NCBI GenBank assembly: GCA_965219535.1
Contig: CBDCNV010000001.1
Span: forward strand, 2,070,001-2,102,000
Direction: 5' to 3'
From: Opitutales bacterium
GTDB lineage: Bacteria > Verrucomicrobiota > Verrucomicrobiia > Opitutales > PNEW01
Length of the DNA: 32,000 bases
The translations under genes and the position numbers were made by a program. The notes under the pieces were generated by a model. It was not told the origin of the DNA and did not search any database. It was given only the letters and a program-made list of their open reading frames with translations. Below are positions 9,381 through 19,340 of the stretch, in pieces; the stretch's first letter is position 1; each line of letters starts with the position of its first letter.

Positions 9381-9778
9381 ATAAAGAAACGCAGGGTGAG
9401 ATGTCGCTTCTCAGTGTCGAGGCTGGGTACTCGATTGAAGAATGCAGATTGTCGAATGACGATTGAGTTGAAGAGTAGTAGCAACGGATGATATTTAATA
9501 GCTTCGTCTGCCTCTGGCTCATCGTCTCAATAAAATTTGAAAATAAAGTATAAAAATCTTTCATTCCAGAATGGCGTGGACTGCTTGACGTACCGTAGCC
9601 CAACATTACACAGCGAGAATTGTTCCTCAGCACGTTTCTTTAATTAAGGCAAATTCAACCAAGCTAGAGATCAGCCGTCACTTTCAGCTGCGGACGATAG
9701 GCAGGCAGCGCGTTCCGCCAAGATATTGCAGTAAATAACTGGAGGACATAGACGAGGAGGTAGACGAAGATAAATTAC

Positions 9779-11788
9779 TCAAGCTAAAGCAGGTTCGGTG
9801 TCAGGCCCAAGCTCTTCGCCTTTCTTGCCCTCTTTAACTTTTTCTTTTTCTTCGTCTGGGCTTTCATTCACGATCGCTTTTGGAACTTCAACTTTCTTAA
9901 AGACCGGTGACCGAATCTCGCCAAATTCAATAATTTCATAAACGTGTTTTCCCTCAAGCGTTTCATATTCAAGTAACGCTTGTGCAATCTTTTCTAAGGC
10001 TTCACGGCGTTCAGTAATAAGTTCCGTGCTCCGTTTATGCTGCGCATCAATTATCTTATAGATTTCACTATCAATATGCTGTGCAGTTTTTTCACTGTAA
10101 TTTTGATCGCGAGTAATTTCTTTACCAAGGAATATATGATCCTGATTTTCACCATACGCCACAGGACCCATACCACTCATGCCCCAATCACATACCATAT
10201 GCCGGGCTATTTCCGTAGCCATTTTTATATCTTGTGATGCGCCACTGGTAATATCATCAAAAACGACCTCTTCAGACACACGCCCACCCATGAGGGTACA
10301 AATTTGATTGGCCACCCGTTTTTTCTGCTGATTGAGAATGTCTTTCTTGGGAATAAACATCGTGCTCCCTAAACTTTGACCGCGAGGGATTATACTTACC
10401 TTGTGGACAGGTAAATCTTTGTCGCCGATTAGTGCTGCCACCAAGGCGTGACCCGCTTCGTGATAGGCCGATATTTTTTTATCCTCATCGTCCATTAGAC
10501 GGCGGCGCTCACGTCCAAATGCAATTTTATCCCGCGCTTCGTCCAAATCGGTCGATTCTACTTCCTTTTTACCATAGCGCGCGGCCAGCAGAGCAGCCTC
10601 ATTGAGCAGATTTTCCAGGTCCGCACCACTAAAACCGGATGTGTTTCGTGCGACGATATTGAGATCAATCGCCTTGTTCATCGTAATCTTCTTAGCATGA
10701 ACTTTTAGGATCTCTTCACGACCTACAAGATCCGGCATATCAATTGTTATCTGTCGGTCAAAACGACCGGGCCGCAACAAGGCGCTGTCCAACACATCGG
10801 GGCGATTAGTTGCCGCTGTAATGATTACCCCCTCGTGTGATTCAAAACCATCCATTTCCGCGAGCAGGGAATTCAAGGTTTGTTCACGCTCGTCATTTCC
10901 ACCTCCGAGACCGGCACCTCGCTGACGTCCTACTGCATCAATCTCATCAATAAATATAATACAAGGTGCATTTTTACGACCCTGCTCAAACATATCGCGA
11001 ACGCGAGCGGCACCGACTCCAACAAACATTTCTACGAAGTCAGACCCACCAATACTATAGAAGGGGACATCCGCTTCACCGGCAACAGCACGCGCTAAAA
11101 GAGTTTTTCCCGTTCCCGGTCCGCCAACAAGTAATACTCCCTTGGGGATATGCCCACCTATTCTTTGAAACTTTTTTGGATCCTTAAGAAATTCAACTAT
11201 TTCCTGAACTTCTTCTTTTGCCTCTTCGCATCCGGCAACATCTGCAAAAGTTACCTTATCCCTGTCACGGGTGAGCATTTTAGCCTTGCTCTTACCAAAA
11301 TTCATTGCGCCACGCCCTGCGTTACGCAACTGCCGCACAAAAAGAAAATACAGGATACCGATAATTATGACGAAAGGCAGCAGCGTAAGAATGACTTCCG
11401 TCAGCAAGGTACTGGCTGGAACTTCCTTGAAAAGGCCGGTTGCCTGTAAACGCTCAAGATTCTCATCCGTCAACCTGCCACGCGCGATCACTCTTTGTCC
11501 CCCTTCAGCCTGCATGCCGGTAAGCACAAGATGAATTTCCGACCAGTTTTGCCCTCCTGTCGGTTCAGCCTTGATTGTTCCTTCTTTAATGCGGCCATCT
11601 TCCACCGCATTGAGAACCTCTTTAATTGTCCATTCCTGGCTTTTTTGGCCCTGGGGTTCGCTAAATAAGTAGAGACTTAAAATGGCGCCGATGATGACCA
11701 GCCATATAATGAGAACCTTGGGCTGGAAGCGTTCCGGCGAATCCTTGCGCAGGGGTTTATTGCGTTGGTCTTTTTCTTCTTCAGACAT
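9779..11788 (-). CDS. ftsH: ATP-dependent zinc metalloprotease FtsH
   Basis: 669 aa. Two N-terminal TM helices, AAA+ Walker [12 protein letters not shown], Walker B IIFIDEID, an SRH, and the zinc site HEAGHAL. Confidence 0.97.
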   Translation of the reverse strand: MSEEEKDQRNKPLRKDSPERFQPKVLIIWLVIIGAILSLYLFSEPQGQKSQEWTIKEVLNAVEDGRIKEGTIKAEPTGGQNWSEIHLVLTGMQAEGGQRVIARGRLTDENLERLQATGLFKEVPASTLLTEVILTLLPFVIIIGILYFLFVRQLRNAGRGAMNFGKSKAKMLTRDRDKVTFADVAGCEEAKEEVQEIVEFLKDPKKFQRIGGHIPKGVLLVGGPGTGKTLLARAVAGEADVPFYSIGGSDFVEMFVGVGAARVRDMFEQGRKNAPCIIFIDEIDAVGRQRGAGLGGGNDEREQTLNSLLAEMDGFESHEGVIITAATNRPDVLDSALLRPGRFDRQITIDMPDLVGREEILKVHAKKITMNKAIDLNIVARNTSGFSGADLENLLNEAALLAARYGKKEVESTDLDEARDKIAFGRERRRLMDDEDKKISAYHEAGHALVAALIGDKDLPVHKVSIIPRGQSLGSTMFIPKKDILNQQKKRVANQICTLMGGRVSEEVVFDDITSGASQDIKMATEIARHMVCDWGMSGMGPVAYGENQDHIFLGKEITRDQNYSEKTAQHIDSEIYKIIDAQHKRSTELITERREALEKIAQALLEYETLEGKHVYEIIEFGEIRSPVFKKVEVPKAIVNESPDEEKEKVKEGKKGEELGPDTEPALA

Positions 11789-11810
11789 AATAATTCGATT
11801 TTATTTCAAG

Positions 11811-13271
11811 CTAAGATGACCTGTAAGTCAACCTTAGAGCGCTGTTAGTGAAATCATCAATCCTGTGGGAATCAGCTGGTGGCAGACCCGGGATCCATAA
11901 AATATTATCCTGATCATTGCAGACAACGGGTAATCTTTTTCGTTCCTCAACAGAAATTTTACGGTCTGTAAACAAATCTTGTAATTTCGAAGTTCCCGGC
12001 GCCCCCAAAGGGCGGTAACGATCCCCCGCCCTCCACTGGCGAACTTCAAAGCTCGAATATGCATTCTCAGCAGGACTTTTGATAAAAGCATAACTACATT
12101 CATCGTATAGACCGTTCATGATAGATTTTCGTAATTTTTCATCAATTTCTATCGCCTCTGTAACCAAATGTGTGCCATGGGGTAAAAAAATCTCTGAATT
12201 GATCGGGACGGAAAGAGGTGGCCATTCAGGTTCACACCTGTCACCCACTAACTTCAGACAGTCTTTATGGAGTTCGATGAAATCCTTATCCCCAGCACTC
12301 ATTCGGAGCATTTTCCTGTTTAATATACTGCTCAATAAATTATCCATCGCTTCACGTGAAAGTGTTGCCATCAAACCTTGCGCATCAAGCCAACGGGATA
12401 GCATACGCCGAATTAATGCCGCTGGTTTATCCATCAGATGACCGAAATCGTAACTCTCGCCTGATTGAGGCTTTATTCCAACTTCATCCAACCAGAGATC
12501 TAGCGCTTGATCATCTTCTTCCAGATAGCGCCGCGCGCGCGAAGCCCCGTCATCGACGTTACGCTCTTCAGCCTTGCGCCAGGCGGGCAATACTGAATGC
12601 CGCAGCCGGTTGCGCAAAAATTGATCCTGCAGATTACTCTCATCATCACACCAGGGAATACCATTTTCTTCCATGTATTCCTGAATTTCAGTTTTAGCGA
12701 TATTCAATAACGGTCTCAAGTGCACAATGTCATCTCTATGAGTGTGGACTGGACGCGGAGCGGCTAATCCCTTCGTCCCACTTCCCCTGGCAAGACGCAT
12801 AAACATGGTCTCAGTAATATCTTCTTTTACATGGCCTAAAAAAAGCGCACGTCCACCGAATTTATTCATCTCCTTTTTAAAGAATTTGAAACGGGCTTCA
12901 CGTGCCACCGCTTCATTTACTTTATTCTTATCGGTCAGCGCCATCATACCTGTGTGAAATTCGATTTTCAGACTTCCAGCGAGATCCTTCACAAAAGACT
13001 CATCTTTGTCCGATGCTTCACTGCGTAAGCGATGATTAAAATGCAAAATATGCATCCTGTCGCGTTGATGAGGAAAAAGTGCATAGAGTAATAAAACCGC
13101 GCAAACCGAGTCTGATCCACCCGAACAAGCGATAGACCAGGGCTTGTTCTCTTTATCTGATTCAATCCAATCTAACACCGAGGCATGTAACCGCGCGAGA
13201 GAAATAGCCCTACCCATTTGTTCGGAATAATCATGCCAGTTTAACGGCTTGTCTGAAGGGTGTTTTGGCAT
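11811..13271 (-). CDS. tilS: tRNA(Ile)-lysidine synthetase
   Basis: 486 aa. PP-loop ACSGGSDSV near the N-terminus, a TilS substrate-binding and C-terminal domain, and the conserved position directly upstream of ftsH (22-nt gap). Confidence 0.88.
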   Translation of the reverse strand: MPKHPSDKPLNWHDYSEQMGRAISLARLHASVLDWIESDKENKPWSIACSGGSDSVCAVLLLYALFPHQRDRMHILHFNHRLRSEASDKDESFVKDLAGSLKIEFHTGMMALTDKNKVNEAVAREARFKFFKKEMNKFGGRALFLGHVKEDITETMFMRLARGSGTKGLAAPRPVHTHRDDIVHLRPLLNIAKTEIQEYMEENGIPWCDDESNLQDQFLRNRLRHSVLPAWRKAEERNVDDGASRARRYLEEDDQALDLWLDEVGIKPQSGESYDFGHLMDKPAALIRRMLSRWLDAQGLMATLSREAMDNLLSSILNRKMLRMSAGDKDFIELHKDCLKLVGDRCEPEWPPLSVPINSEIFLPHGTHLVTEAIEIDEKLRKSIMNGLYDECSYAFIKSPAENAYSSFEVRQWRAGDRYRPLGAPGTSKLQDLFTDRKISVEERKRLPVVCNDQDNILWIPGLPPADSHRIDDFTNSALRLTYRSS

Positions 13272-13511
13272 AACAAAAAATATGCAATGAGTTACTAAAT
13301 TCTAAGCTGTAACTGTCGACGGTTATATGTTAATATTTAATTGAGAATTTCTAATTAAGCCAATTCCGCGAATATATTAACCCAAAAATATATTCTCTGA
13401 TATTATAAGGAAATTTAGACTAATCAATAATAAGAACTAATGAAGAATAAAGGGAATTCATCAACGGGTAGATAGCAAGCTACCGACTCAACTTCATATC
13501 ACCTTTATATT

Positions 13512-13817
13512 ATGAAAAAAGCTTTGATAATAATGGCTGTTATCATCGCATTTATTTGGATAAAAACGAAATCTGATAAATTGGACGCCAACAAATTCTG
13601 GAATGATGCAATTACTCCGAAAGAAGATAACACTCTGAAAAATGCCAGAGAAAAATCGGTCCACGAAGGTTATGTAAAAGTCATTTTAAGGAATCATATT
13701 GGTATCAGCGCTACGGTAATCTTAAAGGGAAATGGAAAAGAGTATAAAAAGTCGCTCGGTCCTACAGAAATTACATCGATTGAAATACCAAAAGGTGATT
13801 ACACCGGATATTTTTAA
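13512..13817 (+). CDS. small hypothetical exported/membrane-anchored protein
   Basis: 101 aa with an N-terminal hydrophobic signal/anchor MKKALIIMAVIIAFIWI. No recognisable family. The region is AT-rich. Confidence 0.4.
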   Translation: MKKALIIMAVIIAFIWIKTKSDKLDANKFWNDAITPKEDNTLKNAREKSVHEGYVKVILRNHIGISATVILKGNGKEYKKSLGPTEITSIEIPKGDYTGYF

Positions 13818-13980
13818 AATCACAATGATCGTTCAAATCATATTAAAATATCCGGGTTGGGAAAAACCAGGGCCTATACGGAAATGGAAATAAGACTGAC
13901 TATGAGTACTCCGTTTTCGAAGTGAACACTCTAATTGAGCGATAGACCCATTACCCTGATCGCTGAGAACTACCTGCTGC

Positions 13981-15249
13981 TTAACCTGAGCCAATGGTTT
14001 TCTTTTTCATCCAGGGCTGTAGAACTTCAGGCACTGTAACACTGCCGTCCTCGCACAAATTATTCTCGAGTATTGCCGCTAGGACGCGCGGAAGAGCGAG
14101 CCCGGATCCATTGAGGGTATGAACAAATTGTCTCTCCCCGTTTAAATCACGGAATCTTATCCCTGCTCGGCGCGCTTGAAAATCTGTAAAATTACTGCAA
14201 CTCGATACTTCAAGCCAGCGTTTCTGCCCCGCAGCCCAGACCTCGAGGTCATATTGCTTAGCGTGTGGAAACCCGAGTTCTCCTGTGCACATGGACAAGA
14301 CTCGATACGACAGGTCCAGCTTTACAAGAAGCTGCTCGGCATCATTGCGTAGTTTCTCCAACTCCTCGAAACTGGTTTCCGGATGCGTCCATTTGACCAA
14401 CTCGACTTTGTCAAACTGGTGCACTCGGTTGAGACCGCGAACTTCTTTACCGTGACTTCCCGCCTCTCGGCGAAAGCAGGGAGTCGCGGCACAGTGATAA
14501 ATAGGTAAGCGATCAATACTGAGTATTTCATCGCGGTAAAAGTTAGTTAAAGGAACTTCTGAAGTCGGAATGAGATAAAATTCGTCGGAACTCGTCTGAT
14601 ACATGAGTCCCTCTTTATCTGGTAATTGACCTGTGGCCGTCGCACTTTCAGCATTTACAAGTAGCGGGGGAATGAGCTCGATATAGCCAGCTTTATCCCC
14701 CTCATCGAGAAAAAAGCTTATTAACGCCCTTGTGAGGTGCGCCAGATCCCCGACAAAAAAAGGAAATCCGGCACCCGTGACCTTTGATCCTCTCGTTAAA
14801 TCGACATGCTCTTCAAACCAGGGTATGTTGTAATGCGGCATTGCGTGAGATGAAGATGCGTTTTGATCACCCCAAGTTTTTACAACTTCATTATCATCTT
14901 CGTTTTCACCTAAGGGAACAGATTCATGAGGTAAATTAGGAATGGTCATGACAAGCGATTGCCATGAGGACTCGATATCCTGTTGTTCAGCTTGAAGCTC
15001 TTTTACGTGAGCAGAAAGAGTTTTAAGCTCCTTCACTTTATTCAAAAAATCAGGCGACCCTTTTTCAAGCTCGGCCATTTCACTATTGGCTGCCTTTTGA
15101 CCAGCGCGGGCTTTTTCAGCTGCCCCGATAATCGCTCGTCGTTTTTCATCGAGGGCAAGAAAGTTATCTAAATTGCAATCAAACTTTTTTTTTCGAATAC
15201 CTTCACTTACCAGATCCAGATTCTCACGTAAAAATTTCGTGTCGATCAT
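13981..15249 (-). CDS. serS: serine--tRNA ligase
   Basis: 422 aa. N-terminal coiled-coil arm (MIDTKFLRENLDLV...), class II motif 2 FRREAGSHGKEVRGLNRVHQFDKVE, and motif 3 GSGLALPRVLAAILEN. Confidence 0.97.
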   Translation of the reverse strand: MIDTKFLRENLDLVSEGIRKKKFDCNLDNFLALDEKRRAIIGAAEKARAGQKAANSEMAELEKGSPDFLNKVKELKTLSAHVKELQAEQQDIESSWQSLVMTIPNLPHESVPLGENEDDNEVVKTWGDQNASSSHAMPHYNIPWFEEHVDLTRGSKVTGAGFPFFVGDLAHLTRALISFFLDEGDKAGYIELIPPLLVNAESATATGQLPDKEGLMYQTSSDEFYLIPTSEVPLTNFYRDEILSIDRLPIYHCAATPCFRREAGSHGKEVRGLNRVHQFDKVELVKWTHPETSFEELEKLRNDAEQLLVKLDLSYRVLSMCTGELGFPHAKQYDLEVWAAGQKRWLEVSSCSNFTDFQARRAGIRFRDLNGERQFVHTLNGSGLALPRVLAAILENNLCEDGSVTVPEVLQPWMKKKTIGSG

Positions 15250-15323
15250 AATTCTATTGCATTATGGCTTCTTACGGAGCAGTCGAAATCGTAATCAGCA
15301 CAAGGTCAAGGAAACTATAGACG

Positions 15324-16274
15324 TTATAACAATTGACCCAGTACATCCATAACACCTTGAAAAACAGTTTCACCATCTAACTCACCTAAGTCACCGCCCG
15401 GAGCACGGATAACATGGTGTTGAGGATCATCGAGCGGGTAAGGCCCAAACCGCTCTGGCTGAGTTGGTCCGAAAATAGCGACGACGGGGACACCCAATGC
15501 TGCTGCCAGGTGAATCGGCCCACTATCGTTGGCGACGATCAGCTGCGCGTTTGTGATTAAGTATGTCAATTCTTCGATTCCTGTTTCCCCGGTTAGATTA
15601 TAGAACCTTTCAGATTGAGTTAGGGTCGGAGACTCACGCCTCGAAGCTCCACACCATATGATGCTTAAGTCATTTCTTTCTTTTAATATCTTATTCGTAA
15701 GAGAAGGATACTCGCCCCACTCTTTTTCTGATCGTTGGCTTTCCGGGAAAAAAAGCAGTGTATTTTCATCCAGTATCTGGTGTGGATTATTGGACGGTTT
15801 ATTTTTATTGAATTCTAATCCATTGCTCAAGCGAGGTTCACAATGCAAAAGAGGAAGAAATTGTAGGAGGATTTCTATGGCATGAGAATGCTTACCTCCC
15901 TCTGGCAAGGGCGCTTTCTTCCCGTATGCCCACCTGGAAAATTCTCGTGCATCCGTACGGCCGATTTTCTGCTTCGATCGAGAAGCAAAAGTCATCAATC
16001 CGGACCGCGCAAGCCCCTGAAGATCGATAACCGTATCGTATTCATGTTCGCGTATTTCTCGGAGAAGGGAGAGAAATTTGCGCCAGCCTCCATAACGATG
16101 GTAAATAATAATCTCGTCTACGGTTCCGCATTTATTCAACAAAGGCGCAAAGCAATCACGAACGACCCAACTTATACGGCATCCGTCCATTTGATCGCGT
16201 AGACTTTGTATTACCTGTAGCCCATGCACAATATCGCCCAATGATGAAGGTTTAATGACTAGAATGTCTGGCAT
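15324..16274 (-). CDS. glycosyltransferase family 9 (LPS heptosyltransferase, WaaC-like)
   Basis: 316 aa. ILVIKPSSLGDIVHGLQVIQSL, DLQGLARSG, HAIE, and ANDSGPIHLAAALGVPVVAIFGPT are typical GT9 blocks. Transcribed divergently from the LpxL-GT9 fusion gene. Confidence 0.85.
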   Translation of the reverse strand: MPDILVIKPSSLGDIVHGLQVIQSLRDQMDGCRISWVVRDCFAPLLNKCGTVDEIIIYHRYGGWRKFLSLLREIREHEYDTVIDLQGLARSGLMTFASRSKQKIGRTDAREFSRWAYGKKAPLPEGGKHSHAIEILLQFLPLLHCEPRLSNGLEFNKNKPSNNPHQILDENTLLFFPESQRSEKEWGEYPSLTNKILKERNDLSIIWCGASRRESPTLTQSERFYNLTGETGIEELTYLITNAQLIVANDSGPIHLAAALGVPVVAIFGPTQPERFGPYPLDDPQHHVIRAPGGDLGELDGETVFQGVMDVLGQLL

Positions 16275-16403
16275 AAAAAGCTTTTTCGTGCTAATAAGCG
16301 GTGATTATTTTATGAATATAATTACACAGTTGAATAATTTATTCGACTGCGGAATCTAGGATAAACTCATTTTAACTCAATTTTCTTTTTCGAGTTAATT
16401 ATT

Positions 16404-18305
16404 GTGTTCCTGTTAATTTTAAAAAGCGCGGGCTGGGTCCTGGCCATTCTTCCAGAAAGTTTCGTACGTGTAGCGTGTGCGATTCTTGGTAATTTATTGT
16501 ATATTTTCGCCCGGCGACGGCGAACAACCATGCTTCGCAATCTGCACCACGCTTATCCGGAAAGGCCCCTTGCCTGGCATCGAAAAATTGCTCGTGAGAG
16601 TTGTCGGCGATTAATCGAAATGGGTACATTTGCCCTCGCTTCACCTTGGTTTAACGAAAAACGCGCCCGTAAAATTCTGACCATTCCCGAACCCTCATTA
16701 ATCATTTTAAATGAAATTAAAGCTTCAATGCCGAGTGGAGTTGGATTTATTCCTCACTTCACCTTGACCGAAAGCCTCATAATGCTCTCTGTCGTCTTTC
16801 CAGGACTCCCACCTCGGAGTGCGATATTTCGCCCCTTAGGTAATAAGACATTGGATGAATGGATAAGAAAAACGCGTGAACGATATGGATTTAAATTATT
16901 TTCCCGCAAAGAAGGATTCAACCAAGCATTGAGCTTAGTACGAGAAGGTGGTTGGGTGACCGTGCTTTTCGACCAGAATGCTGGACCCGGCGGGGCTTTG
17001 ATCACCACTTTTCAACGTGTCGCGTCAGCCACCACCCTCCCCGGATTAATTGCCAAGAAAATGCAGGTTCCGATGATCCTCTTTTATGCGCGTCGAAAAG
17101 CATTCTGGCGTGCCGACTTTATTGCCGAACCATTAAACTGTAAAGCGGAGCCCCTGTGCGCAACCTTGGAAGCAAATGCTAAGTTGGAAAAATATTTGAA
17201 TCAATCCGACGATACCTGTGCGGACTGGCTTTGGATTCACGATCGCTGGAAAAACCAGGACATGCCAAGTAAACGATTTCACCTGGAGCAGAAAAAAAAC
17301 TGGCTTCCTGAAAGTATTAATTATCACAACTGGAAATCAATCCCTCGTAAAACCCGCTTCTGGATACGCTTACCAAATTGGCTGGGCGATATGCTGATGA
17401 CACTACCCTTGATACGCGCCTTAAAAAGAGGCCGTCCTGATGCCGAAATTACTCTCCTTACAAAAGCAGACTTCATTCCCTTGCTGGATAAAACTGAATT
17501 AGCCGATAACCTGATCTCACTGCCTTCAAAAAGTATCGCCTATTTTTTTTATTTTAAATCGCTGCGAATAAAGTATCCCGATACCTACATCCTTTTTACG
17601 AATTCACTGAGAAGCGATATTGAAGCATTTCTCACCGGATGCCCACAACGCTTCGGCATCATTCGACCGGGTAAATGGCGCCCTCTCCTGACTCATGCAT
17701 GGAAAACTCCCCCTCATTTTAATGAAGACACGATCCATCAGACTCGCGTATTAGAAATGTATTTTCAAGATTTTGGACTGCGTGAACAGTTAGACTTTAC
17801 CCCATTATTGACAGGGAGAGGCGTGAATCGACAAAGTGAATTTATCGGTTTAATCTGTGGATCAGAAAATGAACCTCAAAAACGATGGCCAGTGAATCAC
17901 TGGCGTAAATTAGCAGACCGAATACTTGCCGATAATCCAAAGATAAAACTCATACTTTTTGGAACTGCCAGGGATCGAGAGATAACGCAACAAGTTGCCG
18001 AAGCCTTACCGCCAGAACGGGTCACTAATAGTACAGGTAAAACGAATCTTTTGGACTTTTGTAACAGAATTCGGGAATGTCGACTTATCCTCTGTAATGA
18101 TACCGGGGGTATGCATCTCGCAAATGCCCTCGGTCTACCGGTGATCGCTCTCTTTGGACCGACCAACCCCTTGCGAACAGGTCCAGCTTATGAAGCGCCA
18201 GTCCACATCTTGCAGCCACCAGCTTGTCCACCGACCGGTGGTCTTGCGCTCAGTGAGATCAAACCGGAATCGGTGATCTCCCTCGTAAATAAATACATGG
18301 ATTAA
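16404..18305 (+). CDS. fusion protein: LpxL/HtrB-type lipid A secondary acyltransferase (N-terminal) + GT9 heptosyltransferase II-like domain (C-terminal)
   Basis: 633 aa with a GTG start. The N-terminal ~290 aa has a TM anchor, an Hx4E acyltransferase box (IPHFTLTE), FRPLGNKTLDEWI, LFDQNAG and WLWIHDRWK, which parallel E. coli LpxL blocks. The C-terminal ~310 aa has WLGDMLMTLPLIRAL, NSLRSDIEAFLTGCPQRFG, PQKRWPVNHW and CNDTGGMHLANALGLPVIALFGPTNP, which parallel WaaF. Confidence 0.85.
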   Translation: MFLLILKSAGWVLAILPESFVRVACAILGNLLYIFARRRRTTMLRNLHHAYPERPLAWHRKIARESCRRLIEMGTFALASPWFNEKRARKILTIPEPSLIILNEIKASMPSGVGFIPHFTLTESLIMLSVVFPGLPPRSAIFRPLGNKTLDEWIRKTRERYGFKLFSRKEGFNQALSLVREGGWVTVLFDQNAGPGGALITTFQRVASATTLPGLIAKKMQVPMILFYARRKAFWRADFIAEPLNCKAEPLCATLEANAKLEKYLNQSDDTCADWLWIHDRWKNQDMPSKRFHLEQKKNWLPESINYHNWKSIPRKTRFWIRLPNWLGDMLMTLPLIRALKRGRPDAEITLLTKADFIPLLDKTELADNLISLPSKSIAYFFYFKSLRIKYPDTYILFTNSLRSDIEAFLTGCPQRFGIIRPGKWRPLLTHAWKTPPHFNEDTIHQTRVLEMYFQDFGLREQLDFTPLLTGRGVNRQSEFIGLICGSENEPQKRWPVNHWRKLADRILADNPKIKLILFGTARDREITQQVAEALPPERVTNSTGKTNLLDFCNRIRECRLILCNDTGGMHLANALGLPVIALFGPTNPLRTGPAYEAPVHILQPPACPPTGGLALSEIKPESVISLVNKYMD

Positions 18306-18355
18306 AATTTATCCTGAATATCATTCTTAATCTAATCGGCAACCATCTACATTAA

Positions 18356-19186
18356 ATGCCAGAATCCATTCAAGAAGAGGAACCACTTATTTTGCGTTCG
18401 TGCTCGCTATGCGGGAGTGATAATCGTGATTGTCCACCTGGGATTTATTCGCAGGACCCTTGGAATATCAAGACTTGTCCCCAGTGTGGATTTACATACT
18501 TGGAAAATGTACCTGCTTATCCACTGCTGGAAAGCCAATTTGCCTGGGAAAAAACTTCCCTCGAAGAATCTCAAAGGCGAATAAAATCGCGTCCCTGGAA
18601 TAGACGAATAAGTGAAGGTGTAAAACAATTTAGAAGACGCGTATTAAAAAGAGATAAGTTAGGTAAATGGCTAAGACGTTACATTGAGCCAGGTAATGTG
18701 TTGGACATCGGTTGTGGCACTGGCCATGTTCTGGAGAACTTACCTGAAGCCTATCACCCCTATGGGATTGAAATCTCAAAGGATCTTGCAGAATCCTCAA
18801 GTAAAAGGGTTGAGGGACGCGGTGGAAAAATCGTGCATGCCAATGCCATCGATGGCGTTAAAACTTTCTCTCAGGACTTTTTCTCCGGAGTATTATTGAG
18901 TGCATTCCTGGAACATGAATCCAATCCTGACACACTTCTGAAGGAATTATATCCGGTATTAAAGAAGGGTGCAGGAGTAATTATCAAAGTTCCTAATTAT
19001 TCGTCCTGGAACCGCCAGGTGCGAAAAAATCACTGGTGTGGATTCCGTTATCCAGACCACGTTAATTATTTTACGCCTCATACCCTTAACCGCCTGGTAA
19101 AAGATTGTGGATATCGTATTGGACGATTTAATTTCGTGGATCACTTTCCCTTAAGCGATAACATGTGGATGTTACTTCAGAAATAA
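18356..19186 (+). CDS. class I SAM-dependent methyltransferase with N-terminal Cys4 zinc ribbon
   Basis: 276 aa. CSLCGS...CPQCG zinc ribbon, then SAM motif I VLDIGCGTGHVL and a Methyltransf_23-like core. Confidence 0.8.
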   Translation: MPESIQEEEPLILRSCSLCGSDNRDCPPGIYSQDPWNIKTCPQCGFTYLENVPAYPLLESQFAWEKTSLEESQRRIKSRPWNRRISEGVKQFRRRVLKRDKLGKWLRRYIEPGNVLDIGCGTGHVLENLPEAYHPYGIEISKDLAESSSKRVEGRGGKIVHANAIDGVKTFSQDFFSGVLLSAFLEHESNPDTLLKELYPVLKKGAGVIIKVPNYSSWNRQVRKNHWCGFRYPDHVNYFTPHTLNRLVKDCGYRIGRFNFVDHFPLSDNMWMLLQK

Positions 19187-19340
19187 ACGCACTTCTCTTA
19201 GCATAAAGATTACTCATCATTTTACCGGTAAATAAAGCCATCGCTATTTGACGGATCCTGGTATGCAGATACCCTTCAATATTCATAAATTATTGACAAT
19301 AAAGCGAATATGAAATCTTTTACTCTCTTTAGCTATCGTC

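Noticed and set aside
9364-9633. 89-aa minus-strand ORF in the CPBP/ftsH spacer, considered as a gene.
   Set aside because: It has no recognisable motif and an odd composition, overlaps the CPBP gene's 3' end, and has no start context. It is kept only as part of the unexplained-spacer note.
13818-13980. A tRNA-like T-loop string (gttcaaatc near 13826) and a possible read-through extension of the 101-aa ORF.
   Set aside because: No acceptor or anticodon stems can be built around the string. The in-frame continuation after the TAA has no supporting features.
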